A stretch of DNA of 64,000 nt from contig NC_083408.1 of the NCBI RefSeq assembly GCF_020745735.1, positions 46,406,484-46,470,483 on the forward strand. The letters are read 5' to 3'. Shown here piece after piece: positions 24,356 to 36,415 of the stretch. The stretch comes from Hemiscyllium ocellatum (lineage: Eukaryota). The position numbers were made by a program, and so were the translations under genes. Numbering within the stretch: position 1 is the stretch's first letter; every line of letters starts with the position of its first letter. The notes beneath the pieces were generated by a model. The model did no database searches. It saw only the letters and a program-made list of their open reading frames with translations, and had not been told where the DNA came from.

Positions 24356-26704
24356 CATCAGCATGAAGTGATGGCAGATTCAGCAGAGAGGAACTGAATG
24401 GCAGTTCTTTTCACTTTCCACCACTGGGCCATCCACTGCCACCTCAATTGAGAGTGTGACTACTGCTGGATAAGCTGGAAGACTGAAGAGGGGGCTAAGG
24501 CTAGAGGGAAGACAGCAAGGCGAAATGGCAGTGTGGGGGCCAGAGCCGTGGACGAAGGCCAGAGAAGAATGAGAGTAAACTACAGAATTGGAGAGAGGCA
24601 GGGACTGGGTGCAGCTGAGACAGGAGACAAGAGCATTGATGATGATTGGTGGGTGGGCCGGGGGGGAGGTTTGTGGTTGCTTGGTGAGGAGACTGACTTG
24701 GACGGACTAGGGCCAAAAGCGCTCGGAAGTTTCACAAGTTATTAGACTTTTTGCTCAGGTTGGATGGGAGGAAATCAATAGAGAAACTTTGCATTGAAAT
24801 AGGATATTTTAATATTTGTTAATATATGTAAATTTTCCTTTTTTGTTGTATCTCATTGCCAACAGAAATTACGTGCAAGTCCTGTTAGCGCTTCCTGTTA
24901 AAACGGTTCATGCCTATTCACTTTCCTCTTTCATACCAAATACTTTCCCCTCTTAATTTGAATTTGTTCAAAAGCTGAATGCCTTTTCATCTGGATAATA
25001 CTTCCAGCAACATTTGGGTGGAATGTGAGCCAAAGTGGGTTTGGATGAAGCCAGAATGACAGCTGTCTCACAGCCTATTCAAGTATGGATTTGAAGGATC
25101 AAGGTATATCCCTGTTAAGAGTTTTGAGGGCTGGGATCCAGACTCTGAAGTCTGGGTCTTAATACTGCTTCTCCATCGCATCGAACAATGTTTTGTCAAA
25201 TTTTAGCCTTTATAAAATGTCCCATTTGTAATTCCACCTACCGATCATAGCTTAGAAATAGCTGCGTTTTTCCTCCGATTATGAAAAGTGCTACAATAAT
25301 CTGAAACTTTGTCAAAAATCTCCAGGGAGAAGAGAGTGGAAGAGGGAATAAGTGGTATGCTGAGTGGGGAAGGAGGCCACAAGTGAGTAGGTTTGTCTGG
25401 GGAGGGAAGGCAGGCATAACTGAGGGAGTATATAGCACGAGCGCGTGTGTGTGTGTGTGTTGGGAGGGTGATGTGAGATTTACACTTGAGTGACAAGGCA
25501 CAGACTTGATTGAATGTGACAGCATCTTATCATGATCCCTACAAACCCAGGACCCAGTTCTGTTTGATCTGGAGTCTTGCCAACATAACTGCTTTTGCAC
25601 ATGGCCTGTTGGTATACTTAGATTGACATTCTAAGATATAATTTCTTTACAGAGGCATTTTAGGAAAGTGTGTGTGCATGTGTTGGATCTGATTAGTGTG
25701 TGCGCCTGAGTGATGGGCAAGGACTTCTGAGTCTTCTATTAGCATGGTATATGAAGAAATTGGCAGATATATATCTGAGTATATTAAATGACATTTTTAC
25801 AAATTATTTTAAAATTATAGGTCTTGATATTTATATGCTGATATTTTACACCCCACTAATAATATATAAAATGTTCCTTTGCTTTATTGCTGCTTTGTTT
25901 TTCCTGATGTCTGGAATAGTGTTAATTTGTAAACTCTTTAAAATCTTGATATTTGTTCATGGACATGAGTGTCATTGGGTAATCCAGCCTTTTCCATCAC
26001 TAAGTTACTCTTGAAATTAAAATGGGATCAAATTGGAAGGTAGTTTGCAAAGCACTGGCAGAGCCTTTTGTTTTGCTTTGCATGTACACAATCTTGCCAT
26101 GTCCTATTTTGATGTTATTGTGGAATTCATCCTGCATTCATTGGCTGCACTGAGATTGTGTGGGATCACTTTCATGACTTGATGTGAACAAATTGATCCA
26201 TAGCCTTGACAAGAATAAAAGTGAACAAATTGAGGAATGATGTTTTTACTCACTCAGTCTGGTAATTCCACCCACCTGAAATAGCTTAGAAGCATTTGCA
26301 GTTTTCCTCCGATCATGAAAACCGCTACAATAATGTGATACTTTATCAAAAAACTCAGTCCGCTCATTTTTGGCCACTAATTTTCAGACTGTTTTGCCTT
26401 TGACCACTCTTACTCCCAGAAACTCCTTAAAATATACCTCTTTAACCAAGCTTTAGACTTAATATCTCCTTGTGTGGCTTAGTCTCATACTTCGTTTTCT
26501 AATGCTCTTGTGAAGGGCCTCGGGCTGTTTCATTATATGAAAGGCACTTTATAATGTAAAGGTTGTTGCTGCTGTTGTGTCTGAATAAAGTGATTAGTAA
26601 TATTTAAAAGTTTTAACACTTTGGCTTTCTGTTTGGTTAAAGAAAATCTTCTGGCCATCAAGTTGTTTCATTTAATAACTTTTCAAAAATTGTTTTCTTA
26701 CAAG

Positions 26705-26843
26705 AGCAAGACATGTGAACTATTTAAAAGCATCTGAAGTTATTAGGTTGCCATATCCCATACAAATCAAATCTACTGGCCCTCCGCCATATTTTCTGAA
26801 GAGAGAAACATGGGGCTGGACAGATTTCCTCATGAATCCTATG
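26705..26843 (+). CDS. EMC7: EMC7 exon 3 (139 bp)
   Basis: ttttcttacaag|A GCA...CCT ATG|gtaagt. Translates [46 protein letters not shown]. Confidence 0.94.
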
Positions 26844-27768
26844 GTAAGTGTTTTTGAATTATGTAACTATGATTTTAGCCCTTTTCTATGAAGTGTAAAT
26901 TTAGCTATTACTGAAAAAAGGAGACTTTGTGAAAGCTTTTCATCTTGCAGTCATTAGGACAATTTACAAGAAATTGTCTTTCCAGAGTCCAGTTGACAAC
27001 AAATCTGCACTCTGCATTCATAAATATTGTTTTCCTTTCACATTGATATTTCTTGCAAATTGTTCTTATGGGTGCAGGATGAAATCCAAGATTCAATCTA
27101 TCTTTTCCTTCCAGTAACCACCCTACCTCATTTGGGACATGGACCCTCCTCTTCACATGCTATCTCTTGTTGTACAATTGTTGTCAGGTTCCACACATGA
27201 TAGGACTATTCCATCAGTGGCAAAAATGGCAGCAATTCTGCAAAAGCACCTCCCAAATTAGGACCTTAATCATTTTTATTGGTTGCCTGTTTCCATGATG
27301 TAGTCAGCAGGCCTGATTTCCACCCCCGCCCAAGTTGTCTTGGGAAACTCTAATGTTGGGAATTCATTGTGGAGCCATCCTAAAGAAGCTGCTGAGTATT
27401 TTCCTGCCCTCTCCGACTCAACCCCATGTCCAAGACGCTGGTAAAACACAACTTTGTTTGTGTTCTCAACTGTTTACATCCTACCCTCCACCACAAAACT
27501 TAGATGCATTACAGTGACTCCCTTACATGTAAGGCATGAATATAAACTGTAAATTGCTGAGGCCCCAACACTGATCCTTGCAACACCAAGTCTGAAATCT
27601 TAAAATATACTTTTGGCTTTTTCATTTATCTATGCTAATGTATTACTCCCAAAACCAAGAACCAAGAAGGTATCTTTGCGCCAAAATATCTGAATAGTTT
27701 CTCCAAACTATGCTGAATACTCACCTGTAACCGAGATTTTTACAATTTGACTGTTGTATTTTGTGCAG

Positions 27769-27849
27769 GTCATGATGATGATTCTTCCATTGTTAATCAT
27801 CCTCCTATTGCCTAAAGTGGTCAACACAAATGATCCTGACATGAGACGG
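27769..27849 (+). CDS. EMC7: EMC7 exon 4 (81 bp, transmembrane helix)
   Basis: gtgcag|GTC...CGG|gtatgt. Translates [27 protein letters not shown]. Confidence 0.95.
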
Positions 27850-28280
27850 GTATGTATGCTGAGTTGAACTTTAAAAGTCAACAATAACAGGAATTTTGTC
27901 CCAGTATGTTTTATGGAAAAAAATTATATCCACTACTTCTATGTTTAAAATCAGTGGAAATAAATTTCCCCTAGGTAGTGCTAAATCTCAACATTTACGT
28001 ACATATCACAAATTAATTTGAGAGATCTGATCTTTTTTACATTTTATTAATGAAGAATTTGCATTTGAACTAATGGAGGAGTGTACTTAGATTATTGGGC
28101 ACAGAACAAACTTGGTATGAATTATTTTACATTATCTAACTGAAAAAATAACTCATAATTTTGCATAGGTCTTAAGAACCATTTTGGGAATTCCACTTGT
28201 ATCATTGGAGTTGCATAATTATCTGTGTTGCTTAACATAAGGGTGAACTTGAAACAGTTGCTTGGCTAAAAAAAAACTGA

Positions 28281-28445
28281 AAATGTGTTGCTGGAAAAGC
28301 GCAGCAGGTCAGGTGGCATCCAAGGAGCAGGAGAGTCGACGTTTCGGGCATGAGCCCTTCAGGAAGCTCTTCATCTGATCTGCTGCGCTTTTCCAGCAAC
28401 ACATTTTCAACTCTGATCTCCAGCATCTGCAGTCCTCACTTTCTC
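28281..28445. mobile_element. 165-bp fold-back Penelope terminal-repeat insertion with 15-bp TSD in EMC7 intron 4
   Basis: Inverted repeats aaaatgtgttgctggaaaagcgcagcag / ctgctgcgcttttccagcaacacatttt. Identical flanks ctaaaaaaaaactga at 28266-28280 and 28446-28460. Confidence 0.85.
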
Positions 28446-28917
28446 CTAAAAAAAAACTGACTTTAATATTGTAGATGGGTCTTCCTATTATGTGTTGTGA
28501 AAATTGTGCTGCCTGATCCATTCTGTCTTTGATATCAGTTCCAAAATGACCAGCGCAACCTGCCAGTTAATACCCTACTCAACACAGTTTGTCTTACTCA
28601 GAGGTAATTATAGGAAAGAGCATTCATTTCTCCAAATCGATAGTTGTAGCTAGAATAAAGAAGGGTTACTAGCTGGGTTTTTTTATTTGAAGGTTAAAAA
28701 AATGCACCACTTTACCTTTGGAAACTGATGTTTATATTGGTATACTGTAAATATTAGGTGCTGAAATACACAGTTTGTGTGTCCCAGACTCAACTGGCTT
28801 TCGTCTGAACTGGTTCTGGTGCACTTAAAAGCACAATTTTATGATATTGTTATATGAATGTAGGAGTGAGATGCGTCCTGCAGTGTCATCACAATATATG
28901 TCTGCATTCTATTCCAG

Positions 28918-29064
28918 GAGATGGAGCAATCCATGAATATGTTGAACCCGAATCATGAGTTGCCGGATGTTTCAGAGTTCATGACTCGCCTTTTTTCTTC
29001 CAAGTCATCTAAATCTGGGAGTGGTAGCAAGGCTGGCAAAAGTGGTGTTCTGAAAAGGAGGTAG
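28918..29064 (+). CDS. EMC7: EMC7 exon 5 (terminal)
   Basis: ttccag|GAG...AGG TAG. Translates [48 protein letters not shown]. Total CDS 687 bp, 228 aa. Confidence 0.95.
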   Translation, partial: EMEQSMNMLNPNHELPDVSEFMTRLFSSKSSKSGSGSKAGKSGVLKRR

Positions 29065-29512
29065 TCTTTCCTTCAACGAGTCATTCAAGGTTATGACACA
29101 CACAATGCCTGTTTATGCTCTTTCTGAAAAATAAATCGCCAGTAGAATAAATACTGAGAGCTTCTTACAAAGAAAAGTAAAATCTGAAACAAAGCATACT
29201 TGACATCTTGAAGACAAAGGGCTTGGTATTTATGTAAACAGTGAAAATTGTGTGCTTGCAGTGACTAGTATATTCTGGAGAATGTCTTATTTAATTAAGT
29301 GTAACTCAGAATAATATCCCAGTTAATTTACTGCTACTTTTGGTAAGTATTTTTTAATACATTCAGTGTGTTCAAGAAACTAAAGTAATATAAAACTGAT
29401 TTTTTTCAAATCTCTGTTCAATTTCTCAAGTATGAGGCAATGGTATGTCTCAAATTAATGAAAATATATTCAAGATAACTTGTTCTGGGCTATGTATATT
29501 TCAAGTGCACAT

Positions 29513-29518
29513 AATAAA
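29513..29518 (+). terminator. Candidate EMC7 polyadenylation signal (another AATAAA lies at 29130-29135)
   Basis: AATAAA followed about 20 nt later by the GT-rich gtgtttgtc. Confidence 0.35.
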
Positions 29519-30185
29519 ATAATACAGAAAAACCGTGTTTGTCATTCTTATTACAACCAAAACATCATTGGTGAGAACTTTGTGAACAATATTTAGGAGC
29601 TTACAATCCTGATTTAGTATGTCATTTTTGTTTTATAGAAATACAGCATCTCACGAAGCTGATTTCAACTGAGCATAATTATTCAGTTCAGTCTATAAGT
29701 CATTTTTACATTAAAACGTACAATTTTCTTTAACAGCATTTCACAGCCTTTCAAACAGATTTTTACTGTTCACTTCTCATTGAGAATCATTGCAGAGATT
29801 ATTTATTGCAGAAGAAAAATACATGTTGATAGTCCTAAAATTCTTTTTGTTTAAAGCTATTTCTGCCTGTCATGTAGCTATGGTTTAAATTGTAACAGTG
29901 CATTGCATTTTTTTCTACTCCATTTGATATCCTGTACAGCTCTGTATAATGATTTTAATCATTCCTTATTATATTTTATATATTTTTTCTTACCCATTAC
30001 AGGTATGTACTATTTCGACATGATTAGAGCAGTTATTTATATTTACAGGTGACTTGTTTACATTTTGTCTATTATAGTTAATGTGAGCAAACTTAATAAC
30101 TGAAGCCTGCAAATAATTTTTCATACAAAGTTTCACTGCAAATGTATTTTATGTTGCCAAAATCGTCACCTAGCATAAACAAATT

Positions 30186-30845
30186 GTGGATGTAGATTTG
30201 CTCGTTGAGCTGGAAGGTTTGTTTTCAGACGTTTCGTCACCATAATAGGTAACATCTTCAGTGAGCTTCCGAATGAAGCACTCGTGGTGTAGCCGGTTTT
30301 CTATTTTATATGTTTGAGTTTCCTTGGGTGCTTGATGTCAATTCCTGTGGTAACATTTACTGTAGTGACGTCATTTCCTGTTCTTTTTCTCAGGGATGGT
30401 AAATGCGATCCAAGTCAATGTGTTGTTGATAGAGTTCCTGTTGGAATGCTATGCTTCGAGGAATTGTTTGTGTCTGTGTTTGGCTTGTCCTAGGGTGGAT
30501 GTGTTGTACCAGTCGAAGTGGTGACCTTCCTCATCCATATGTAAGGATACTAGTGATAGTGGGTCATGTCTTTTTGTGGCTAGTTGATGTTCATGTATCC
30601 CGGTACCCATTTACCACCCCCTGAGGAAAAGAACAGGAAATGACATCACCATAGGAAATGATATCACCAACCCAAGGAAACTCAAACATATAAATAGAGA
30701 GCGGGCTCCATCACCAATGCTCCCTGCGGAGGCTCACAGAAGATGTTACCTAGTATGGTGCCGAAATATCTGAAAATGAACTTTCCAGCTCAGCGCGCAA
30801 ACCTACATCCAGCACTTTAGCCTGAGCTACAAATCTCAAAACGAA
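30186..30845. mobile_element. Fold-back Penelope-like insertion with a GIY-YIG remnant and hammerhead motifs
   Basis: The minus strand of about 30510-30600 encodes IHEHQLATKRHDPLSLVSLHMDEEGHHFDW. Arms about 30186-30405 and 30607-30812 are inverted. TSD ataaac(a/c)aatt at 30175-30185 and 30846-30856. Confidence 0.82.
30225..30264 (-). ncRNA. Minimal type I hammerhead ribozyme motif
   Basis: Minus strand reads TCA-CTGAAGA-T-GTTACC-TATTAT-GGTGAC-GAA-ACGT-C-TGA: intact cores, a 6-bp stem II (one G-U) and a GUC triplet. Confidence 0.62.
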
Positions 30846-33609
30846 ATAAACCAATTTTAATCCAGGACTTAATTGAAGGAGACCTCTCCAAATTTAAATA
30901 ATTTTTGTGGAGGGTGTATCGGTGCATTTTATGAGCAATGCATGTTTTTGAGCTCCATTTAAGATCAAGAATGTTTGGTGTAACTATTTAGAAGAAAATG
31001 AGTAGCACGTGGATGGTAATGTAGGACGTTTAAACAGCATACCCTGTAAATGGCTAAACTAAATCAAAATTCCTGCAAGTTGAATCTCAATGCTGCTAGC
31101 TTGCTCAGCTTGATGATTTGAACCTGAATGAGCTTATACTTAAGGCTTCTTACATACATACAAGTATTGAACATTTTAAAGAGCATCTAAATGCACAGCA
31201 TTCTATTCTGTAAATTAACTTTCTAGTAAAACTTTGCAAATTATTGTCTTTGTCATGGTGGAAGTCAATAAATAAGCTAGAAGTTTAAGCTGGTATCCAA
31301 AGAAAAATCAGCAGTTTGACTGTTTTTGCTTTCTATTGCAGGGCAGTATGAAATCCCCATTGTTCCTTTGCAATTTTTTTTTGAATGGTGGTGTATTTCA
31401 TTTCCGTTGGCTAGTTTCCTGTGGTGTATCTGTTATTTGTAATTTGCTCAAATCACAGTAAGTATTAAATATCGTATTCCAGGAACAGTTTCAAATCAGC
31501 TGCAAATGTAACTGGTAATTGCACACAATAAAGTCTGATTTTGCTGGCTACAAGACTTTGATGATACGGAATTGTTCCAGACTCGTGTAACTTGGTAACT
31601 AATACTTCTGCCATATCAAACAGTTGTTCTAACTGGAAATGCTCGGACACTTATTTTCAAATATTTGTGAACTGTGCAAATGTTGACACATGCACCCAGC
31701 CACCTCCATTCTAATGCTAGGAAGGATAGCACGTGCTATCCAAATGAAAATTTATCATTTGTAGATGCCTTATTAATATGTCAAACAGAAACACTAAACA
31801 AGACTATAATGTGAAATTGTGAGACTGTAATCAAAGCAGATGATTTGTGGTTTTCGCTCATTCGAAGTGGCGGGCATTTTTTGTTTGATTCTGAGCCACA
31901 GACTATGCTAGACTATAATGGTTTCCAAGGCAATTCATGACATGAAGCAATTCTATAGCATTGTAAGCAATTAGAGTGTATTACACATATTGTGTTTGGG
32001 TCAAATTTTGATTTTATGCAAGGTGATAAATGGATGTATTTAATATCTCTGCTATTTGAGTGAATTGCAGAATATGTTCAGAGCCATATTTTCTACACTT
32101 TCCAAATCTGACACAATCAAATTTCAAATCACTGCATGTAACGGTTATGGTGTCTTGGATCACAAAGTCTATACAAGTGTCCTTCAGATTCAGTTGAATG
32201 TAGTTATGAGAAGACAACACAAATTTACTTTAAATATAAACATTTATTAAGTGAATAAAAAGAGAGGAATAAAAAGCCTCATGCCCTTCTGCCTGTCGGA
32301 AACCCTTCAATCGATGACTGGTCTACAGGCTTAGGGTTCTGCCTGGCACCAAATGCGATCCCAGTCTGAGGTGAAGTTCTTCAACTTGAAACGAGTCTCT
32401 TTCTCTCTCCCTGTCAGTGTACAAACATGTTGGTTGTATGGGCATGTACAGGAATGTTAATGGGATCATTCAAGGTCATGTAGCTGTCAAATAGCATTAT
32501 CAATTTTAGCCCATCCTGTACATGTGGTATTTGTTATGTTCCCAGTACTTCTGTTTGAAATTTTGCTTGATTTATCTTCAAAATTGTCAGGGTGTTTTCC
32601 TTTGCAGACATAAAATGGCTGGTAACTTTTTTTTCCTGTGTAATTTCCCTGTTATGTTTTCACTTAATTATTTTCAAATAAAATCTATAAATAATCATTC
32701 TAATTTGCTCACTGGAAAAGCTAACATTGTCTTGCACATGCAGTCAACATACACATTTATATGATTCTGTTTTTAGACTAGTGTATCTAACCATAATTAA
32801 ATGTATTTCCTTGGGAATTGGCATTTTAAGTGAAACTGCAGAATAATTCTAATTCATTCCATCTTGTAGATGCGTATATGTATTATAGTATTCCTTTCTA
32901 AAGGTTTTTTGTAAACTTTAGCAAATTGTTAAAGATTCTAAATGTCTTTTGGTACATTATATCTTCTGTGCAATTAAAGTAAATGACTAACTGCAAAAGA
33001 GTTGTTTCACATCTGAAATTCATAGCTAAATGAGATGGGGGATAGTTTTCAGATGGATGAGCTGAAATATGCTAAAAACCACCTTTTCACCTTTACAACC
33101 TTTGAAATGTTTAGTTTTATATTATAATTGCACAAATGCTTATATGTTTATTTACTGAATAATTCCCTCCCCTCCAACTTTGTCACCTCTTTACACAAAG
33201 GTAGGCTTTGAATATTTTTTAATCTATGATATGGCTTGTAGATGTCACTGGATAAAGCCAGCATTGTGGCTATCCCTAAATGTCCTTGAACTGTGTGACT
33301 TGTTTTCTCCAAGTTTTTTTTTCTTAATGCTTAACTGTTCATGTCTGGGTCTATTCCAAATCTGCAAACTCGCAATAAAATGAGGATAAACAAACTTTCC
33401 AATCTTCCAGTACCACGAACGAAACTCAAAAATGAAACAAAAACTGTCTGCCCATTCTTAAGATACAATTGAGAAATATGAATCAATCTTAAAGGTATCC
33501 ATGCATCTCCCACCTTCAGACACAGGTTCCCAAATGATATTGAAGCCAGTTTAGAGTCCAATGACATTGCTATACATCTTAAATCACATGGTAATGATGG
33601 TAGATTTTA

Positions 33610-33957
33610 GGGCAGCATGGTGGCTTAGTGGTGAGTGCTGCTGCTGCCTCTCAGTGTCAGAGACTGGTTCAATTCTAACCTCAGGTGACTTTGCACAAAC
33701 TCCACACAAACGTTCTCCTAGTATCTGCATGGGGTTCCACGGAGTGCTCTGGTTTTCTACCGCACCGCGAAGATGTGCAAGTTAGGTGAATTGGCCATTG
33801 CTAAATTGCTCCATAGTGTCCAGGGATGTGCAGGCTAGGGAGATTAACCATGGGAAATCCAGGGATTAGATAGTGATCTGAATGGGATATTCTTTAGAAG
33901 GTCAGTACAGACTTGATGGGTTGAATGGCCTCTCCCCACACTGTAGGAATTCTATGT
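33610..33957 (+). mobile_element. HE1-type SINE
   Basis: gggcagcatggtggcttagtggtgagtgctgctgc...ggttcaattc...gttaggtgaattggccattgctaaattg...cactgtaggaattctatg. Confidence 0.8.
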
Positions 33958-34523
33958 TTTATGCCTTAGACTTCCTTAAAGGACATTTTTGAACCAGGTC
34001 AATTTTTACAACAATTCGTGATTTTGTGATTAGAGTTAACACTTTGTGATTACAATTAACACTGAGACTAGCTTTATAAACAACATTTTCAATTGAATTT
34101 TAAGTTCCATTAGCTGCTTCAGTGGGTTTTGAACTTTTGTCGGCAGACAGTGACATTACCATACCACTGCCTGCTCCAAATTGATGAACACCAATAGCCT
34201 TTAATTAGCACAAACAAATGCTGACAATGTGTTCAACTCAGCAGTGCCTGCTGATGAGCCATTCAATTAGAAGGTGTCTTACACTAGCTTTGTCATTTAA
34301 TCGTCTCATGTTAACGTGCATACTTTCAGACTGGACACTGGATAAGAAGTGAAACCAGGAAATTGATTATTCTCTACATAACTGTTGATCAAATGAACAC
34401 TGAACTTAGCTGTGGGATCACATTGGGGCTTTTCCAGTCTGTACTGTTCTATCAGTACTTATGTCTTCACTGGCTGAGGCATTGATGCAGGAGAAAACAA
34501 AAATAAGTTCTCTAGTTATTGCA

Positions 34524-35215
34524 AAGTTTAAAAATCACACAGCACCAGGTTATAGTCCAACAGGTTTATTTGGAAACACTAGCTTTCAGAGCGCTGCTCC
34601 TTCAGGTGGTTGTGGAGTATAAGATCATAAGACACAGAATTTACAGCAAAAGTTTACAGTGTGATGTGTCTGAAATTATATATTGGAAAAAGACCTGGAT
34701 TGTTTAAGTCTCTATCTTTTAGAAACAACATGTTGATTTCAGTTCTTTCATCTGTAAATCGCAAAATTTTGTTTAAAAGTTACATTCTGCAGTGAACGTT
34801 AACAATTGGTGTCATGTCAGCGCAGATAATGTACTTGAGGTGTGAGACAGTCTCTCACAGGACAGCTCACATCTCAGGTGTATTATCTGGGCCGACATGA
34901 CACCAGTTTTTAATGTTCACTTGAGAATGTAACCTTTTGAAAAAGGTTTTGTGGTGTACATATGGAAGAACTGGAACCAACATGATTATTCTAAAAGATG
35001 AGGCTTTAACAAACAATCCAGGTCTTTTCCAAATATATAATTTCAGTTACACAACACTGTAAATCTTTGCTATAAATGGTCTAACGATCTTATGCTCCAC
35101 AACCACCTGATGAAGGAGCAGCGGTCCAAAAACTAGTGCTTCCAAATAAACCTGGTGCTGTGTGATTTTTAACTTTGTACATCCCAGTCCAACACTAGCA
35201 TTTCCAAATCATGAA
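34524..35215. mobile_element. Fold-back Penelope terminal-repeat insertion, about 330-bp arms, 11-bp TSD
   Basis: About 34524-34846 is the reverse complement of about 34865-35178. TSD tagttattgca at 34513-34523 and 35216-35226. Hammerhead-derived motifs at 34577-34608 (-) and 35104-35138 (+). Confidence 0.85.
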
Positions 35216-35436
35216 TAGTTATTGCAGTCATTGTTAAACATTCATAAATTGAAAAGAAGAGAATTTGGTACATGTCTACTATTACTGCCTCCATTCCACT
35301 TCTTGATGCATTTGATGCCTTCATGAATGAATGTTCCCCATTTTAGTTAGTTACAAGCCAAGGTCACCCACCTGGCAGTGGAAATGTTTGATTTCTTCAG
35401 GCATGTTTTATGGATAACCCTTAAGTGTTTCCACTG

Positions 35437-35454
35437 CCCCCCCCCCCCCCCCCC
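35437..35454. repeat. Poly-C run (18 nt)
   Basis: Read directly from the sequence. Confidence 0.9.
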
Positions 35455-35849
35455 GAGTCTCCATTTTTAACCACGTTCCAAGTGTGTTAGTTGCTTCAGG
35501 AGTTGGGATAGGAGTTCAAACAACTTAATCTGCTCATTGCAGCTTTAATTGAGTAATTTGTGCCTTGATGCTGGGCACATTGGTCTAATAGAACATGCTG
35601 CAGTTGGATTGTTTTTCTTGTTCCTAGATTTGGAAAATCTCATGAAGACACCAGTGCTTGTACTTCTCCAGTGCTTTGAAATGTTTGCCTTTACTGTATT
35701 AAACACAACAGTAAATCGCTCCCAGATTTCTGCATGTTGCCTCTTATGCCTGTAGGTGGCACTATTGTGGATAATTCAAATAATTATTGTGTAATGATTT
35801 AGATTTTCTGATTAAAATGACAGCACGTCTAACAACGTTTATTAAAGTA

Positions 35850-36415
35850 AAAATCTGTATTATTGAGGCTGTGTAAGGCTCTGGTCAGACTGCAGAGGGG
35901 GCAATTGTTCTGAGCAATTTTGGGCCCCATATCTGAAAAAGGATCTGTGGCATTGAAGGGAGTTCAGAGGAGGTTTACAAGATTACTTGCAGAGGCGAAG
36001 GGCTTGTCTATGAGGAGCAGTTGAAGATGCTGGGTGTGTACTCAATAAGAGTTTAAAAGGACGAAAGGGGATTCTGCAGAATATTGAGAAGCCTGGATAG
36101 AGTAGACATGGAGAGGATGTTTGCACTAGTGATAGAAAGTAGGATCTGAGGGCATAGCCTCAGACTGGTGACCCTTTAGAACTATAATGAAGAGGAAATT
36201 CTTAGCCAGAAGGTGGTGAATCTGTGGAACTCATTGATACAGATGGCTGTGGAGGCCAAGCAATTTGAGTATTTAAGACAGAAGTAGATTTGTTCTTGAC
36301 AGCAAAGGGATCAAAAGTTAAGGAGAGAAAGGGATTGAGAAACAAATTAGCCATGATGAAATGGTGATTGAGATTCAATGGTCCAAAAGGGCTAAATCTG
36401 TTCCTATATCTAGTC
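35850..36415 (+). mobile_element. Old CR1 3' fragment
   Basis: tattgaggctgtgtaaggctctggtcagac...gttcagaggaggtttacaag...ggtggtgaatctgtggaactcattg. Confidence 0.8.
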
